Below are positions 46,665 through 55,403 of a stretch of 64,000 nt of DNA, piece after piece (within the stretch, counting starts at the first letter, position 1; each line of letters begins with the position of its first letter). Made by a program: the position numbers and the translations under genes. The stretch is from IMG/VR virus record IMGVR_UViG_3300025387_000012, positions 64,001 to 128,000 of that record, one strand, 5' to 3'. This stretch comes from a virus. Its lineage: Duplodnaviria; Heunggongvirae; Uroviricota; Caudoviricetes. Below the pieces are notes generated by a model. It was not told the origin of the DNA. It saw only the letters and a list, made by a program, of their open reading frames with translations, and made no database searches.

Positions 46665-47387
46665 ATGAAGCTTTCCGCACAGGACACCGCGAACCTAAAC
46701 GCGATCCTTTCAACCGCAGCAATCGGTGGGATCGAAAGCATCATCATTGAGGATGGTGTTGTTCGCGGAGTTAACGAGGCGAGAACCTTCGTCATCATTT
46801 CAGATTACAACGTCCCCGCGTTTCCTCAGAAGATCGGGCTGTCTCGTCTCAGCTCCCTTCGCAATCGTCTAGGTCTCTTTGCTACTCAAGGTGCAGCGAT
46901 CGAGGCGAGAGAAACAGAACGCGGCGAGATCAATGCCCTTGAAATCTCAGCGGGCCGCAGCAAGGTCCAATACCGCTGCACCGCTACTGCACTGATCAAG
47001 GCACCTCGATCAATCAATGACGAAGCGATCTACAATGTCTTCATCAGCAAGAACGAGCTCAAGCTTATTCTCGACGCCGTGAAGGTGATGACCGCGAAGA
47101 CGGTGCAGCTCATCATCAAGAAGGATCGAGTGGCTACGTTCCGCATCGCGGATGAAACAAATGACGTCTTTGAAAGCGTCTTGGAAACTCCAGCCGAGGT
47201 TATCTCTGGAGACGATATGAACAGCGTGGTTCATAATTTTCATGCCGACATCTTCCACGCGGTGATGCGGACGAATGAACAGGACAATGCTACGATCGTC
47301 ATTGGGGCGGCTGGCACAATCAGAACATCAATCAATGGCCATGAGGTAGTTGTTATGCCTAAGGTCGGAGAGGATGAGGAGGACTAA
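46665..47387 (+). CDS. probable DNA polymerase sliding clamp (gp45-like)
   Basis: 240 aa with alternating helix/strand pattern, in the replication cluster downstream of PolB. No diagnostic motif certain. Confidence 0.5.
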   Translation: MKLSAQDTANLNAILSTAAIGGIESIIIEDGVVRGVNEARTFVIISDYNVPAFPQKIGLSRLSSLRNRLGLFATQGAAIEARETERGEINALEISAGRSKVQYRCTATALIKAPRSINDEAIYNVFISKNELKLILDAVKVMTAKTVQLIIKKDRVATFRIADETNDVFESVLETPAEVISGDDMNSVVHNFHADIFHAVMRTNEQDNATIVIGAAGTIRTSINGHEVVVMPKVGEDEED

Positions 47388-47755
47388 TGAGCGACGACCT
47401 AATCAGATCCAGCGATCTCACCGACGCAATGCGGAAGATGAGCGCTGCTGACAAGAAAATTAACGCACTGACGCAGGACATTGCCGGCTGGAAGCTGGAA
47501 GTTCTCTCTGAAGTTCAGAAGAACGACCAAGGCTTCTGGGTAAAGCTGACCTTCAGAAAGCCTGATGGTCACGGCTTCATCGAGCTGATCGATCCGAGCG
47601 AAGTTGCGTACTACATCGCAGACCCTGAAGCCCTCGTGCAGCAGATGGTTGAACGGATTTTTGAGAATCTGTACAAGCAACAAATCCGCGATACTATCGC
47701 TGAGTCAGTAACCAAGGGGCTTCGCAACGCTGATCTAATGTCGAGGAAGCAATGA
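47387..47755 (+). CDS. hypothetical protein
   Basis: 122 aa, coupled. Confidence 0.7.
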   Translation: MSDDLIRSSDLTDAMRKMSAADKKINALTQDIAGWKLEVLSEVQKNDQGFWVKLTFRKPDGHGFIELIDPSEVAYYIADPEALVQQMVERIFENLYKQQIRDTIAESVTKGLRNADLMSRKQ

Positions 47756-48057
47756 AGAGAAGTTTTCTAGTATCTCTCAAGGAAAGACTTGCCAAGGGCT
47801 CTAAGAAGCCTTGGGCATGCTTTGAGACAACTGGCCCAGATGCTGAAGGTCGAGTTGCATTTTCAATCAGCGCCAACAAGGCGTTCATTGAGAACCTCCA
47901 GAACCTCGGTCTCGGTGGGATCAACGATGAGGAGACCGTCCAGATGTTCTTCCTTCAGATGCGAATGATCCCAGACGAAATGGTTACCGACGATGCGGTA
48001 AATCCAGAGGCCACGCCCAACCTCACGAATGAGGCCAACCAGTTCCGTAGAGGATAA
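47752..48057 (+). CDS. hypothetical protein
   Basis: 101 aa, ATGA-coupled. Confidence 0.7.
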   Translation: MKRSFLVSLKERLAKGSKKPWACFETTGPDAEGRVAFSISANKAFIENLQNLGLGGINDEETVQMFFLQMRMIPDEMVTDDAVNPEATPNLTNEANQFRRG

Positions 48058-48063
48058 GGAACG

Positions 48064-48330
48064 ATGCAAGTAGAAACTGATCCCACCCGCCTGGCAGAGA
48101 TTCTGCAGAAGGGCGTCGCGCAAGACCTGGAGAGGATGATTAGAGATCGTCTTCAGGCTCAGGTTGATCCCATCATCTCTGAGATGGCTCGTGATTTGGC
48201 CAATGGTATGGCCGTCAACATCCAGGGAATGAAGTCCTACAGCACTGACGACTTTGCTACGAAGACGATCATCAACCTGATGTTCAACAGCAAAGACGTT
48301 CAGTACACCGCGGAAGCTCCCGGTAAATAA
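48064..48330 (+). CDS. hypothetical protein
   Basis: SD AAGGA, 88 aa. Confidence 0.65.
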   Translation: MQVETDPTRLAEILQKGVAQDLERMIRDRLQAQVDPIISEMARDLANGMAVNIQGMKSYSTDDFATKTIINLMFNSKDVQYTAEAPGK

Positions 48331-48334
48331 AGGG

Positions 48335-48363
48335 TTTACATCCGCGTTGGGGTGTGTTAAAAT
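48335..48363 (+). promoter_or_regulatory. sigma70-like promoter
   Basis: TTTACA-N17-TAAAAT. Confidence 0.75.
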
Positions 48364-48383
48364 AAAGCTGAATAGGAAAACTC

Positions 48384-49385
48384 ATGAAGCGCATGATCGT
48401 CGATACCGCCAACCTTCTGTTCCGGGTTGCGGCTGCACATGGAAAGTACGGGCCTCAGGGATCACCTGAGGAAAAAGCTGGGCTTGCCATGCACATGGCG
48501 CTCAATACGCTCAACAAGTACTACAAGCAGTACCGTCCAGACCAGATCGCCATGACCTTTGAAGGTGGCGCGAACTGGCGCAAGGACTACACCAAATCCC
48601 CGCAGTGTCTCTCCAAGAAGGTCTACAAGGCCAATCGCGTCAAGGACCCTTCGATGGTCCCGTTCTTCGAGCTCATTAAGGCCTTCGAAGACCTCGCGCG
48701 CCAACACACCTCCCTCGTCTGCCTTTCAAATCCCATCCTCGAAGGCGATGATCTTTTCGCCGGATATGTCCAGCGCTTTTCAGAAGCTGGTGATGAAGTG
48801 ATCGGTATTTCTGGAGACCGCGACTTCGTTCAGCTCCTGAAGCATCCCAACTTCCAGCTCATCAACCCTGACAACGGCAAGCCGAGAAATCTGCTGGACG
48901 TCTGTGGTGTAGATGACCCAATGTTCTTCATGTTCGAGAAGGGAATGCGCGGAGATAAGGGTGACAATGTTTTCCCCGCCTATCCCCGCGTTCTCAAGAA
49001 GCGTCTGCTTAAGTGCATGGAAGACGATTACGATCTGACCAAGCTCATGAACGAAACGTGGTCCTACACGGACCCTGACACGCACGAGACAACTGAATAC
49101 CGCGTGGGCGATCTGTTCGCTGAGAACATCCTTCTCATGGACCTCGAGGCTCAGCCCGAGTATGTTCGCACCGTGATCAAGGAAACTCTGGACCATGAGT
49201 TGGTCCATCACGGAAAGTTCTCTCACTTCCACTTCACCAAGTTCTGTGGGAAGTACGGCCTCAAGCAGATCGCCGAAAACTCGACACAGTTCGCAAGCAT
49301 GTTCTCAGTAACTGGCCAGCGTTCTCCTCATCGTGAAGAGACCGAAGCTGTGGCCGCAAAGAAGAAGGCTCTCATAGAGTTTTAA
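48384..49385 (+). CDS. rnh: T4 RNase H-like 5'-3' exonuclease / flap endonuclease
   Basis: IVDTANLLFR, NWRKDY, EGDDLFA, ISGDRDFVQL, GDKGDNV. Confidence 0.88.
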   Translation: MKRMIVDTANLLFRVAAAHGKYGPQGSPEEKAGLAMHMALNTLNKYYKQYRPDQIAMTFEGGANWRKDYTKSPQCLSKKVYKANRVKDPSMVPFFELIKAFEDLARQHTSLVCLSNPILEGDDLFAGYVQRFSEAGDEVIGISGDRDFVQLLKHPNFQLINPDNGKPRNLLDVCGVDDPMFFMFEKGMRGDKGDNVFPAYPRVLKKRLLKCMEDDYDLTKLMNETWSYTDPDTHETTEYRVGDLFAENILLMDLEAQPEYVRTVIKETLDHELVHHGKFSHFHFTKFCGKYGLKQIAENSTQFASMFSVTGQRSPHREETEAVAAKKKALIEF

Positions 49386-49387
49386 CC

Positions 49388-49915
49388 ATGATGACACTTA
49401 ACTTCAAGAGAAACTCTTGGCACTGGAAGCTTGCCAAGCAGGGCGGCCTGGGTCGCTTCACCGATTACGCAGCTGAGGGCGATGGCTCGTATGCGCGTGA
49501 TGATAAGGGGAATCTTATCGAGACATACGATGGCGACTTCTGTCAGTACACTCGATGCGTTATGGCTGGCGCAGTCGCCATTACCGTGATGACGACGCTG
49601 CTGGCACTTCTTGCGGTTCTTGTCTCGATCTTTCCGCTCGGCTTTGCCTACTGGCTCTATCAGATGTTTGCAGCCGGCAAGTATCTTGTTCCCAATCCTC
49701 CAGCGGTCATCTTCATGATCTTGATGGCTGCCGCAGCCATCTACTTCTTTATCTGTCCCATGATCATGAAGGCCTCGTATGCAGCTATCGATCGTGATAT
49801 GGCGATCAGAGATGCTATCCGCAACGGAACGTACGTTCCTCCTAAGCCTTCCTTCCTGAAGGAAGCCTACCTCAAGTTCAAGGAAAAGACCTGCAAGCGG
49901 GTCGTGATCCAGTGA
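49388..49915 (+). CDS. membrane protein
   Basis: FKRNSWHWKL...DFCQYTR then two long hydrophobic helices. Confidence 0.7.
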   Translation: MMTLNFKRNSWHWKLAKQGGLGRFTDYAAEGDGSYARDDKGNLIETYDGDFCQYTRCVMAGAVAITVMTTLLALLAVLVSIFPLGFAYWLYQMFAAGKYLVPNPPAVIFMILMAAAAIYFFICPMIMKASYAAIDRDMAIRDAIRNGTYVPPKPSFLKEAYLKFKEKTCKRVVIQ

Positions 49916-50283
49916 CCATCAACCTCATCATCTTCCGCGTTCCCGACATTGATGGCGACATCTCTCTCGTTGAACTCGACTACACTGATGGGGTTCTTTC
50001 GGAAGAAGGGCAAATCTTCAGCGTGGAGGCAGGAGACTTCTACGCTGAACTTCCGCTCAACAAGATCGTTCTAGCTGAACGCATACACGGTGGGTCAAGG
50101 TCATTCGCCGTCTTTGATGTCGGTGCTCCAGAAGATCCGGATGTTCCTAACCCCGTCCATGAAATCCCATTCGAGGACTTGGAACAGATCGTTCCGTTCC
50201 TCATCGGAGAATACGAGAAGATGTTCTCGACCGATGATCTCGTTGAAGGCCTACCACAGGTTGACACCTCTAAACTTTTCTGA
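49912..50283 (+). CDS. acidic hypothetical protein
   Basis: GTGA-coupled start, 123 aa. Confidence 0.65.
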   Translation: MTINLIIFRVPDIDGDISLVELDYTDGVLSEEGQIFSVEAGDFYAELPLNKIVLAERIHGGSRSFAVFDVGAPEDPDVPNPVHEIPFEDLEQIVPFLIGEYEKMFSTDDLVEGLPQVDTSKLF

Positions 50284-50377
50284 CCCGGGGACCCTATAAA
50301 TACCTGGCGTTAATCAGACGCGGGGTTATTACAAAACGTTTGCACGTTATCCCCGGATATAAAAGGAGAAGTTCACC

Positions 50378-50815
50378 ATGGCAATGGCCAAAGACGAAAT
50401 CATTCTGACCCCAACCAGCCTTCCACACATCTTCTTGTGTGACATCGACGACAGCGGTCTCCTCAAGGAGATCATGGTCGTAAAGAAGTTCAAGGACGGG
50501 TCTATCTACTACGTCGAAATCGACCCACTGCATTCCATCGACAAGGGTCGTATCAAGAAGATCGTTTCCTCGCAGCACGCCGACAAGTATGAGTGCTGGG
50601 AACTGCTTTCTCAGGCAAGACTTTCCAACGGCATGAACGCCCTGGACTTCTTCCACAGCAATAACGTTCGCGTAAAGCGTCCTCGCGGTGCCCGCGCCAA
50701 CACCGGTGGTCTTGAGACCATCGCAGCATACGGCGATGACAAGGTCATCGGCTCTGACTTCGCGAACCCAGCTGAAGTCAATCTCGACCCAACGACGAAG
50801 AACTTCAACGTCTAA
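50378..50815 (+). CDS. conserved-looking jumbo-phage hypothetical protein
   Basis: SD AAGGAG, CTATAAATA at 50294-50302, followed by a terminator. Confidence 0.75.
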   Translation: MAMAKDEIILTPTSLPHIFLCDIDDSGLLKEIMVVKKFKDGSIYYVEIDPLHSIDKGRIKKIVSSQHADKYECWELLSQARLSNGMNALDFFHSNNVRVKRPRGARANTGGLETIAAYGDDKVIGSDFANPAEVNLDPTTKNFNV

Positions 50816-50843
50816 AGGGTTAACCCCGCAATAAATAAACCAT

Positions 50844-50883
50844 CACCGGAAGCCTGGGTGATCTCAGGCTTCCGGTGTGTTTT
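50844..50883 (+). terminator. intrinsic terminator
   Basis: 13-bp perfect stem CACCGGAAGCCTG/CAGGCTTCCGGTG followed by TGTTTT. Confidence 0.8.
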
Positions 50884-50902
50884 CGCTGACTACAAATACA
50901 CG

Positions 50903-50931
50903 TTTACATTGCCTTAGGAATAGGATATAAT
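50903..50931 (+). promoter_or_regulatory. sigma70-like promoter
   Basis: TTTACA-N17-TATAAT. Confidence 0.8.
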
Positions 50932-51094
50932 AGTCCAAGTTCCATAAGGCGTTCTTGAATTTTGATAAACTAGCGACTTATCAGGATCACAAAAGCTCTA
51001 CTCTGTCTTTCAGCAAGTAGACCTTACCACCAAGGAAGATTTTGTTTCTCTCTTAGGAAACAAAATCTTCAAAAATGGGAAAGGAGATTACCCA

Positions 51095-51745
51095 ATGAAG
51101 ATGAGCAACTTTATGCTCTCGATCGTGGCTACGTTCGCAATAGGTGCTGCAGTTGGTACCAGCACCCTGGCCGTATCACAACAACCAACGTCTGTCATTC
51201 AAATCCCAGCCGAAAATGGCGCAGTGGGTGGTGGCATGACAGTAAAACTACCGCTCAATCCATCTCGCAAGCAAGCCGATCTTCTTGCCGTCGCCTATGA
51301 GACGGCCAAGAGAGACGGGCATCGCTATCCTCAGCTGCTGCAGGGCATTCTTCTGCAGGAGACTAAGGCTGGGACAATGCCGGTCTACAAGGTAGCAGGT
51401 GGTGAGTTTGGCCTTCAGGTCAACAAGCGCTACTATGGCGTAGCGCAGCTCAAGCTCTCAGCCGCCAAGGACGTTCTTAACCGCTACCCAGAGTTGTGGA
51501 AGCAGTTCAACTTCCAGACAAAGACGGATGAAGAGATCATCGCAAAACTTATCGAGAACGACTACTTCAACATTGCCGTTGCAAGTAAGTACCTTCTCAT
51601 TCTGCAAAGAAGCGGCATAACTTCTCCGCAGCAGCTTGCAGCGTCCTACAATCAGGGTGTCGCTGGTGCAGAGGAAGGAAAGGGAAAGCATTATTCCCGT
51701 GCCGTTATGGAGCATATCAGCAACCTTCACGGGAAGCGATCCTAA
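51095..51745 (+). CDS. lytic transglycosylase / lysozyme-like protein with signal peptide
   Basis: N-terminal hydrophobic segment. ILLQET (catalytic Glu), YYGVAQL and ASYNQG match the SLT-like motif order. Confidence 0.75.
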   Translation: MKMSNFMLSIVATFAIGAAVGTSTLAVSQQPTSVIQIPAENGAVGGGMTVKLPLNPSRKQADLLAVAYETAKRDGHRYPQLLQGILLQETKAGTMPVYKVAGGEFGLQVNKRYYGVAQLKLSAAKDVLNRYPELWKQFNFQTKTDEEIIAKLIENDYFNIAVASKYLLILQRSGITSPQQLAASYNQGVAGAEEGKGKHYSRAVMEHISNLHGKRS

Positions 51746-51798
51746 GCAGATTACCCGAACTGTAAATACATTTGACAGTTTTTCGTTTGTGAGTTTAG

Positions 51799-52782
51799 AT
51801 GTTTCAGCAGACCACACTCCAGTCCCTCATTGAGGACAGGGTTCACTTTCGTCCCATCTCTACGGGTTGGATGGTTGGTAAATGCCAACTGTGCAACGAC
51901 TACAAGGAGAGAGCGGGTTTCAAGTTCGAAGGTGGAGAGGTCGTATACAACTGCTGGAACTGTTCTAAGGGCGGACGATACGAAGAGTTCTCCGGGAAGA
52001 TGTCCGGGAACTTTCGTAGGATACTAGCGGCCTACGGGTTTGAAGACAGTGAAGTTAGCTCAGTCGTTAACTCTGCTTTCTTCAAGAAGCCAGATGCCGA
52101 AGAAAAGACTATCACGCTGGCAAAACTGACGAAGGTAAACACTTCTACGCCTACGATCAAGTTGCCAGCAAACTCCTTTCCATTGGGTCATCCAGAGCAC
52201 ATCGAGTACCAGCAGAAGCTGGTCAACTATCTCGTGCAAAGACGGATCGACCTGAACAAATACCCGTTCTTCTTTTCGATGGATGATCGCTTCAAGAACA
52301 GGATCATCATTCCGTTCTATCGACACAGAAACCTGATCTACTGGCAAGCCAGATCGATCGACCCGAATGAGAAGAAGAGATACGACAACGCGCCAGTCGG
52401 CAGAGACGCTGTCATGTTCAACATTGACAAGCTCAATGGCTTTGACAGAACTCCACTCTTTGTAACTGAAGGAGTGTTCGACGCGATGGTCATCGATGGA
52501 GTTTCTATCCTTGGCAGCAAGCTCAACGATTCAAAGACAGAGCTGCTGAAAAAGTCTCAACGCAGGCTTGTCTTCGTCATAGATAAAGATAAGAACGGTG
52601 AGCACCTAGCCAAGGACATCCTAGATAAGGGATGGGAGATTGCATTCGCCCCGTCAGGTGCCGAGGATTTGAACCAGAGCGTTCAGCGGTTCGGATTTAT
52701 TTGGACCCTCCACCAACTCATGAAGTCGATTCCTAAAAGCTCAGACGCCGCTCTTCTTTCGGTCAACATTAACTGCAGGTGA
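51799..52782 (+). CDS. DNA primase (T4 gp61/DnaG-like)
   Basis: Zn ribbon CQLC...YNCWNC, RIIIPFY, TOPRIM VTEGVFDA and IDKDKNG. Confidence 0.88.
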   Translation: MFQQTTLQSLIEDRVHFRPISTGWMVGKCQLCNDYKERAGFKFEGGEVVYNCWNCSKGGRYEEFSGKMSGNFRRILAAYGFEDSEVSSVVNSAFFKKPDAEEKTITLAKLTKVNTSTPTIKLPANSFPLGHPEHIEYQQKLVNYLVQRRIDLNKYPFFFSMDDRFKNRIIIPFYRHRNLIYWQARSIDPNEKKRYDNAPVGRDAVMFNIDKLNGFDRTPLFVTEGVFDAMVIDGVSILGSKLNDSKTELLKKSQRRLVFVIDKDKNGEHLAKDILDKGWEIAFAPSGAEDLNQSVQRFGFIWTLHQLMKSIPKSSDAALLSVNINCR

Positions 52783-52876
52783 AACATGACATTCAATGTT
52801 GACCGAAAGAAGTGCGGCATCTGAGCTGTTTGCGATCGTAGAAGCTGTTGATGACAAATGTTTTAATTGTCAAAGA

Positions 52877-53620
52877 TCAAAGAACTTTTATTTTCTCTGC
52901 TTCTTGACTTTGGCGATGTCTTACTTTCTTCATTGCTTCTGAGAGCTTTAGCCTGGTTTCTTCTGAAACCGGAGTCATGCGTTTTTGACCCATTCTGGCT
53001 TCAGAGATTTTTCTTTTATGCTCTTCTGATTTAGGCTTTCGCAGTTTAGCTTTTTGTTCTTCTGTTCGTGTATATCTAAGTTTTTGTTTATGTTCTTCGC
53101 TCAGATGACGTCCATAGTTCGGATTATTTTCGCCAACACGACCAAACATGGGATGCTTTTGTCCTTTTAACGATTCAGAAATTCTTTTACATTGCTCCGG
53201 CGTGCGTTTCTTTCCAAAATTTGGATTATCTGACCCAAACTTTCCTTCAGTTGGGCTGTGCCATCTACCATCAGTAATTCGCTGATGTAGTTCTTCTGAC
53301 ATCGCCTGGCGTTTTAATCGAATAAGCCATCCATAATGCTTGTTGCTTTTGCGACCCATAGTCATCATAGTTGCAGCATAAATCAGACTTCTATTTCCTG
53401 GGAAAATCTTTACAAGAAGTTGATGCGCAACATAATGTTCTTCAAGAGTGAGATGTACTAGATTGTTAGCATCATCAGATCCACCCAAACATTTTGGAAT
53501 TACATGATGTTTTTCGCTATAATTTAATGTACGTAATCTGGCTCTAGATATAAGTCGTTCATAATGACGCAAATATCTGAGTTGATTTGATGAAAATCCC
53601 GTAGTAGTAAATAAAAGCAA
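52877..53620 (-). CDS. free-standing HNH homing endonuclease with NUMOD3-type repeats
   Basis: EKHHVIPKCLGGSDDANNLVHLTLEEHYVAHQLL, then GKKRTPEQ, HLSEEHKQKL, KSEEHKRKISEA. TTG start with SD AGGAG. Confidence 0.9.
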   Translation of the reverse strand: MLLFTTTGFSSNQLRYLRHYERLISRARLRTLNYSEKHHVIPKCLGGSDDANNLVHLTLEEHYVAHQLLVKIFPGNRSLIYAATMMTMGRKSNKHYGWLIRLKRQAMSEELHQRITDGRWHSPTEGKFGSDNPNFGKKRTPEQCKRISESLKGQKHPMFGRVGENNPNYGRHLSEEHKQKLRYTRTEEQKAKLRKPKSEEHKRKISEARMGQKRMTPVSEETRLKLSEAMKKVRHRQSQEAEKIKVL

Positions 53621-53652
53621 GATGTTCTCCTAAGCCTGAAAAGGATATTTAC

Positions 53653-54999
53653 ATGGATGCTAGTTTTTCAGTCGAAAAGCAACGTCTTCTTCTGAGCATC
53701 ATCGCGTGTAACCGCGATCTGATGGCTCTTACGGCCGGCATTCTAAAGCCATCATACTTCGATCCGACTCTGAAAAAGACGGTGAAGTTCATGATGGAGT
53801 ACTTTGAGAAATACCGTGACGTTCCTAAGCTCGCGACCATTCGAGCTGAAGCAGGAACCGTTCTAGAAGATGCTGGCAAGATCGAACGCGCCGATGTGGC
53901 ATACGTTGCCCATGAGGTTGAGGAGTTCTGTAGAAACAGAGCCGTGACCGAGGCAATCTTCCAGGGACCAGAACTTCTTGACAAGCAGGACTTTGGTAAG
54001 ATCATCGAGGTGCTCAAGGCAGCTATCTCGGTCGGCCTGCAGAAAGATGTCGGCCTTGACTACTTTGACAACCCAGAAGAACGGCTTCGTCGTACTCTAG
54101 AAGATGAAGCCAAGATCAGCACTGGCTGGCCTGAACTGGATGCTGCCCTTGGTGGTGGCATCGGTCGTCAGGAGCTGATCCTTTTTGCTGCCAACTCTGG
54201 TGGCGGTAAGTCCATGACGATGCTGAACCTCGCGCACAATCTGCTGGCGCAGGGAATGAACGGCGTTTACATCTCCCTGGAAATGGGTGAAGGTACCGTC
54301 TCTAAGCGTCTAGACAGCATGATCTCCCACGTGGCACAAGATCAGCTGCTCAAGGAAATGCAGAGAGTTGCCAATGCCATTGAGAAGGCTGGCGACGATG
54401 GCATGGGTCGCTTCATCATCAAGCGCATGCCGGAAAACAGAACGAACATCAACCACGTTCGCTCCTACCTCCAACAACTCGAACAGTCCAAGGGCTTTGT
54501 CCCTGACTTTATCGTGCTCGACTACATCGACATCATGGGCACGACACACGCGATCTCTTCCGACAATATGTTCATCAAGGATAAATATGTTACGGAAGAA
54601 GCCCGCTCACTCGGCTTCGACTTCAACGCTATCATTATCTCCGCCTCGCAACTTGGTCGTGGAGCTATTGAAGCAGAGAAACTCAATCAAGGTCACATCC
54701 AAGGCGGCATTTCGAAGATCAATACTTCGGACTATACCGTCGCTGTGAAGCAGGATGACCTCATGAGAGCTGCCGGTGAAATCTACTTCGAAATCCTTAA
54801 GTCGCGTAACTCTGGCGGAGTTGGGCAGCGCATCCTTCTCGGATGGGATCCCATCTCACTTCTCGTCAAATCGCTGAAGAACGCTAAGAGCCAACTGCAA
54901 CTTACGAAGAAATCGAAGACGGTCATTCTGGGAACAGAAGGCACCGTGTTTACGAAGAAATCAGAGGACGGTGGTGTCCTTAATCTGATGAACACCTAA
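53653..54999 (+). CDS. replicative DNA helicase (DnaB/T4 gp41-like)
   Basis: ISTGWPELDAALGGG, Walker A AANSGGGKS, YISLEM, VLDYID, SASQL, ILKSRN. Confidence 0.93.
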   Translation: MDASFSVEKQRLLLSIIACNRDLMALTAGILKPSYFDPTLKKTVKFMMEYFEKYRDVPKLATIRAEAGTVLEDAGKIERADVAYVAHEVEEFCRNRAVTEAIFQGPELLDKQDFGKIIEVLKAAISVGLQKDVGLDYFDNPEERLRRTLEDEAKISTGWPELDAALGGGIGRQELILFAANSGGGKSMTMLNLAHNLLAQGMNGVYISLEMGEGTVSKRLDSMISHVAQDQLLKEMQRVANAIEKAGDDGMGRFIIKRMPENRTNINHVRSYLQQLEQSKGFVPDFIVLDYIDIMGTTHAISSDNMFIKDKYVTEEARSLGFDFNAIIISASQLGRGAIEAEKLNQGHIQGGISKINTSDYTVAVKQDDLMRAAGEIYFEILKSRNSGGVGQRILLGWDPISLLVKSLKNAKSQLQLTKKSKTVILGTEGTVFTKKSEDGGVLNLMNT

Positions 55000-55022
55000 A
55001 ATCAACCCATAGGAGAACCTCA

Positions 55023-55301
55023 ATGCAATCTATCGAAGCCCCAGTAACCATCACTGTTGATGGTACGGAATACCCAGTCAACACCTTCTCTGAAACTGTT
55101 CAGCGCCTGGTTGCCATTCACACTGAATGGCGCAACGACCTGCAGAACGAGCGTCTTGCTGTTGCAAAGACCGAAGCTGCTATCCGTGCCCTTGACGCCG
55201 AACTTTCTCAGGCTGTTGCTGCTGAGCTGGCTGCCAAGAACGCACCTGCTGAAGAAGCCGCAGCTCCTGCAGCTGCTCCGGCTGAAACGCCAGCGGCGTA
55301 A
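55023..55301 (+). CDS. small coiled-coil protein with Ala-rich tail
   Basis: SD AGGAG, followed by a terminator. Confidence 0.75.
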   Translation: MQSIEAPVTITVDGTEYPVNTFSETVQRLVAIHTEWRNDLQNERLAVAKTEAAIRALDAELSQAVAAELAAKNAPAEEAAAPAAAPAETPAA

Positions 55302-55322
55302 TCAACCGATTGTTACTTCTGG

Positions 55323-55354
55323 AGAGGGGTCCTTCGGGGCCCCTTTCTACTTTT
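55323..55354 (+). terminator. intrinsic terminator with UUCG tetraloop
   Basis: AGAGGGGTCC-TTCG-GGGCCCCTTTCT followed by ACTTTT. Confidence 0.8.
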
Positions 55355-55368
55355 CGGAGTGATCAATC

Positions 55369-55376
55369 TATAAATA
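55369..55376 (+). promoter_or_regulatory. T4-late-like promoter
   Basis: TATAAATA 28 nt before the 1048-aa gene. The (A)TAAATA box also occurs at 3060, 5947, 12188, 18724, 20458, 34119, 45681, 50297, 61020 and 61718. Confidence 0.75.
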
Positions 55377-55403
55377 CTACGTTGAAATCGCGCGGTTCAC
55401 GTA

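Noticed and set aside
51035-51070. 14-bp hairpin as an intrinsic terminator
   Set aside because: No U-tract follows it on either strand; kept instead as a candidate regulatory structure.
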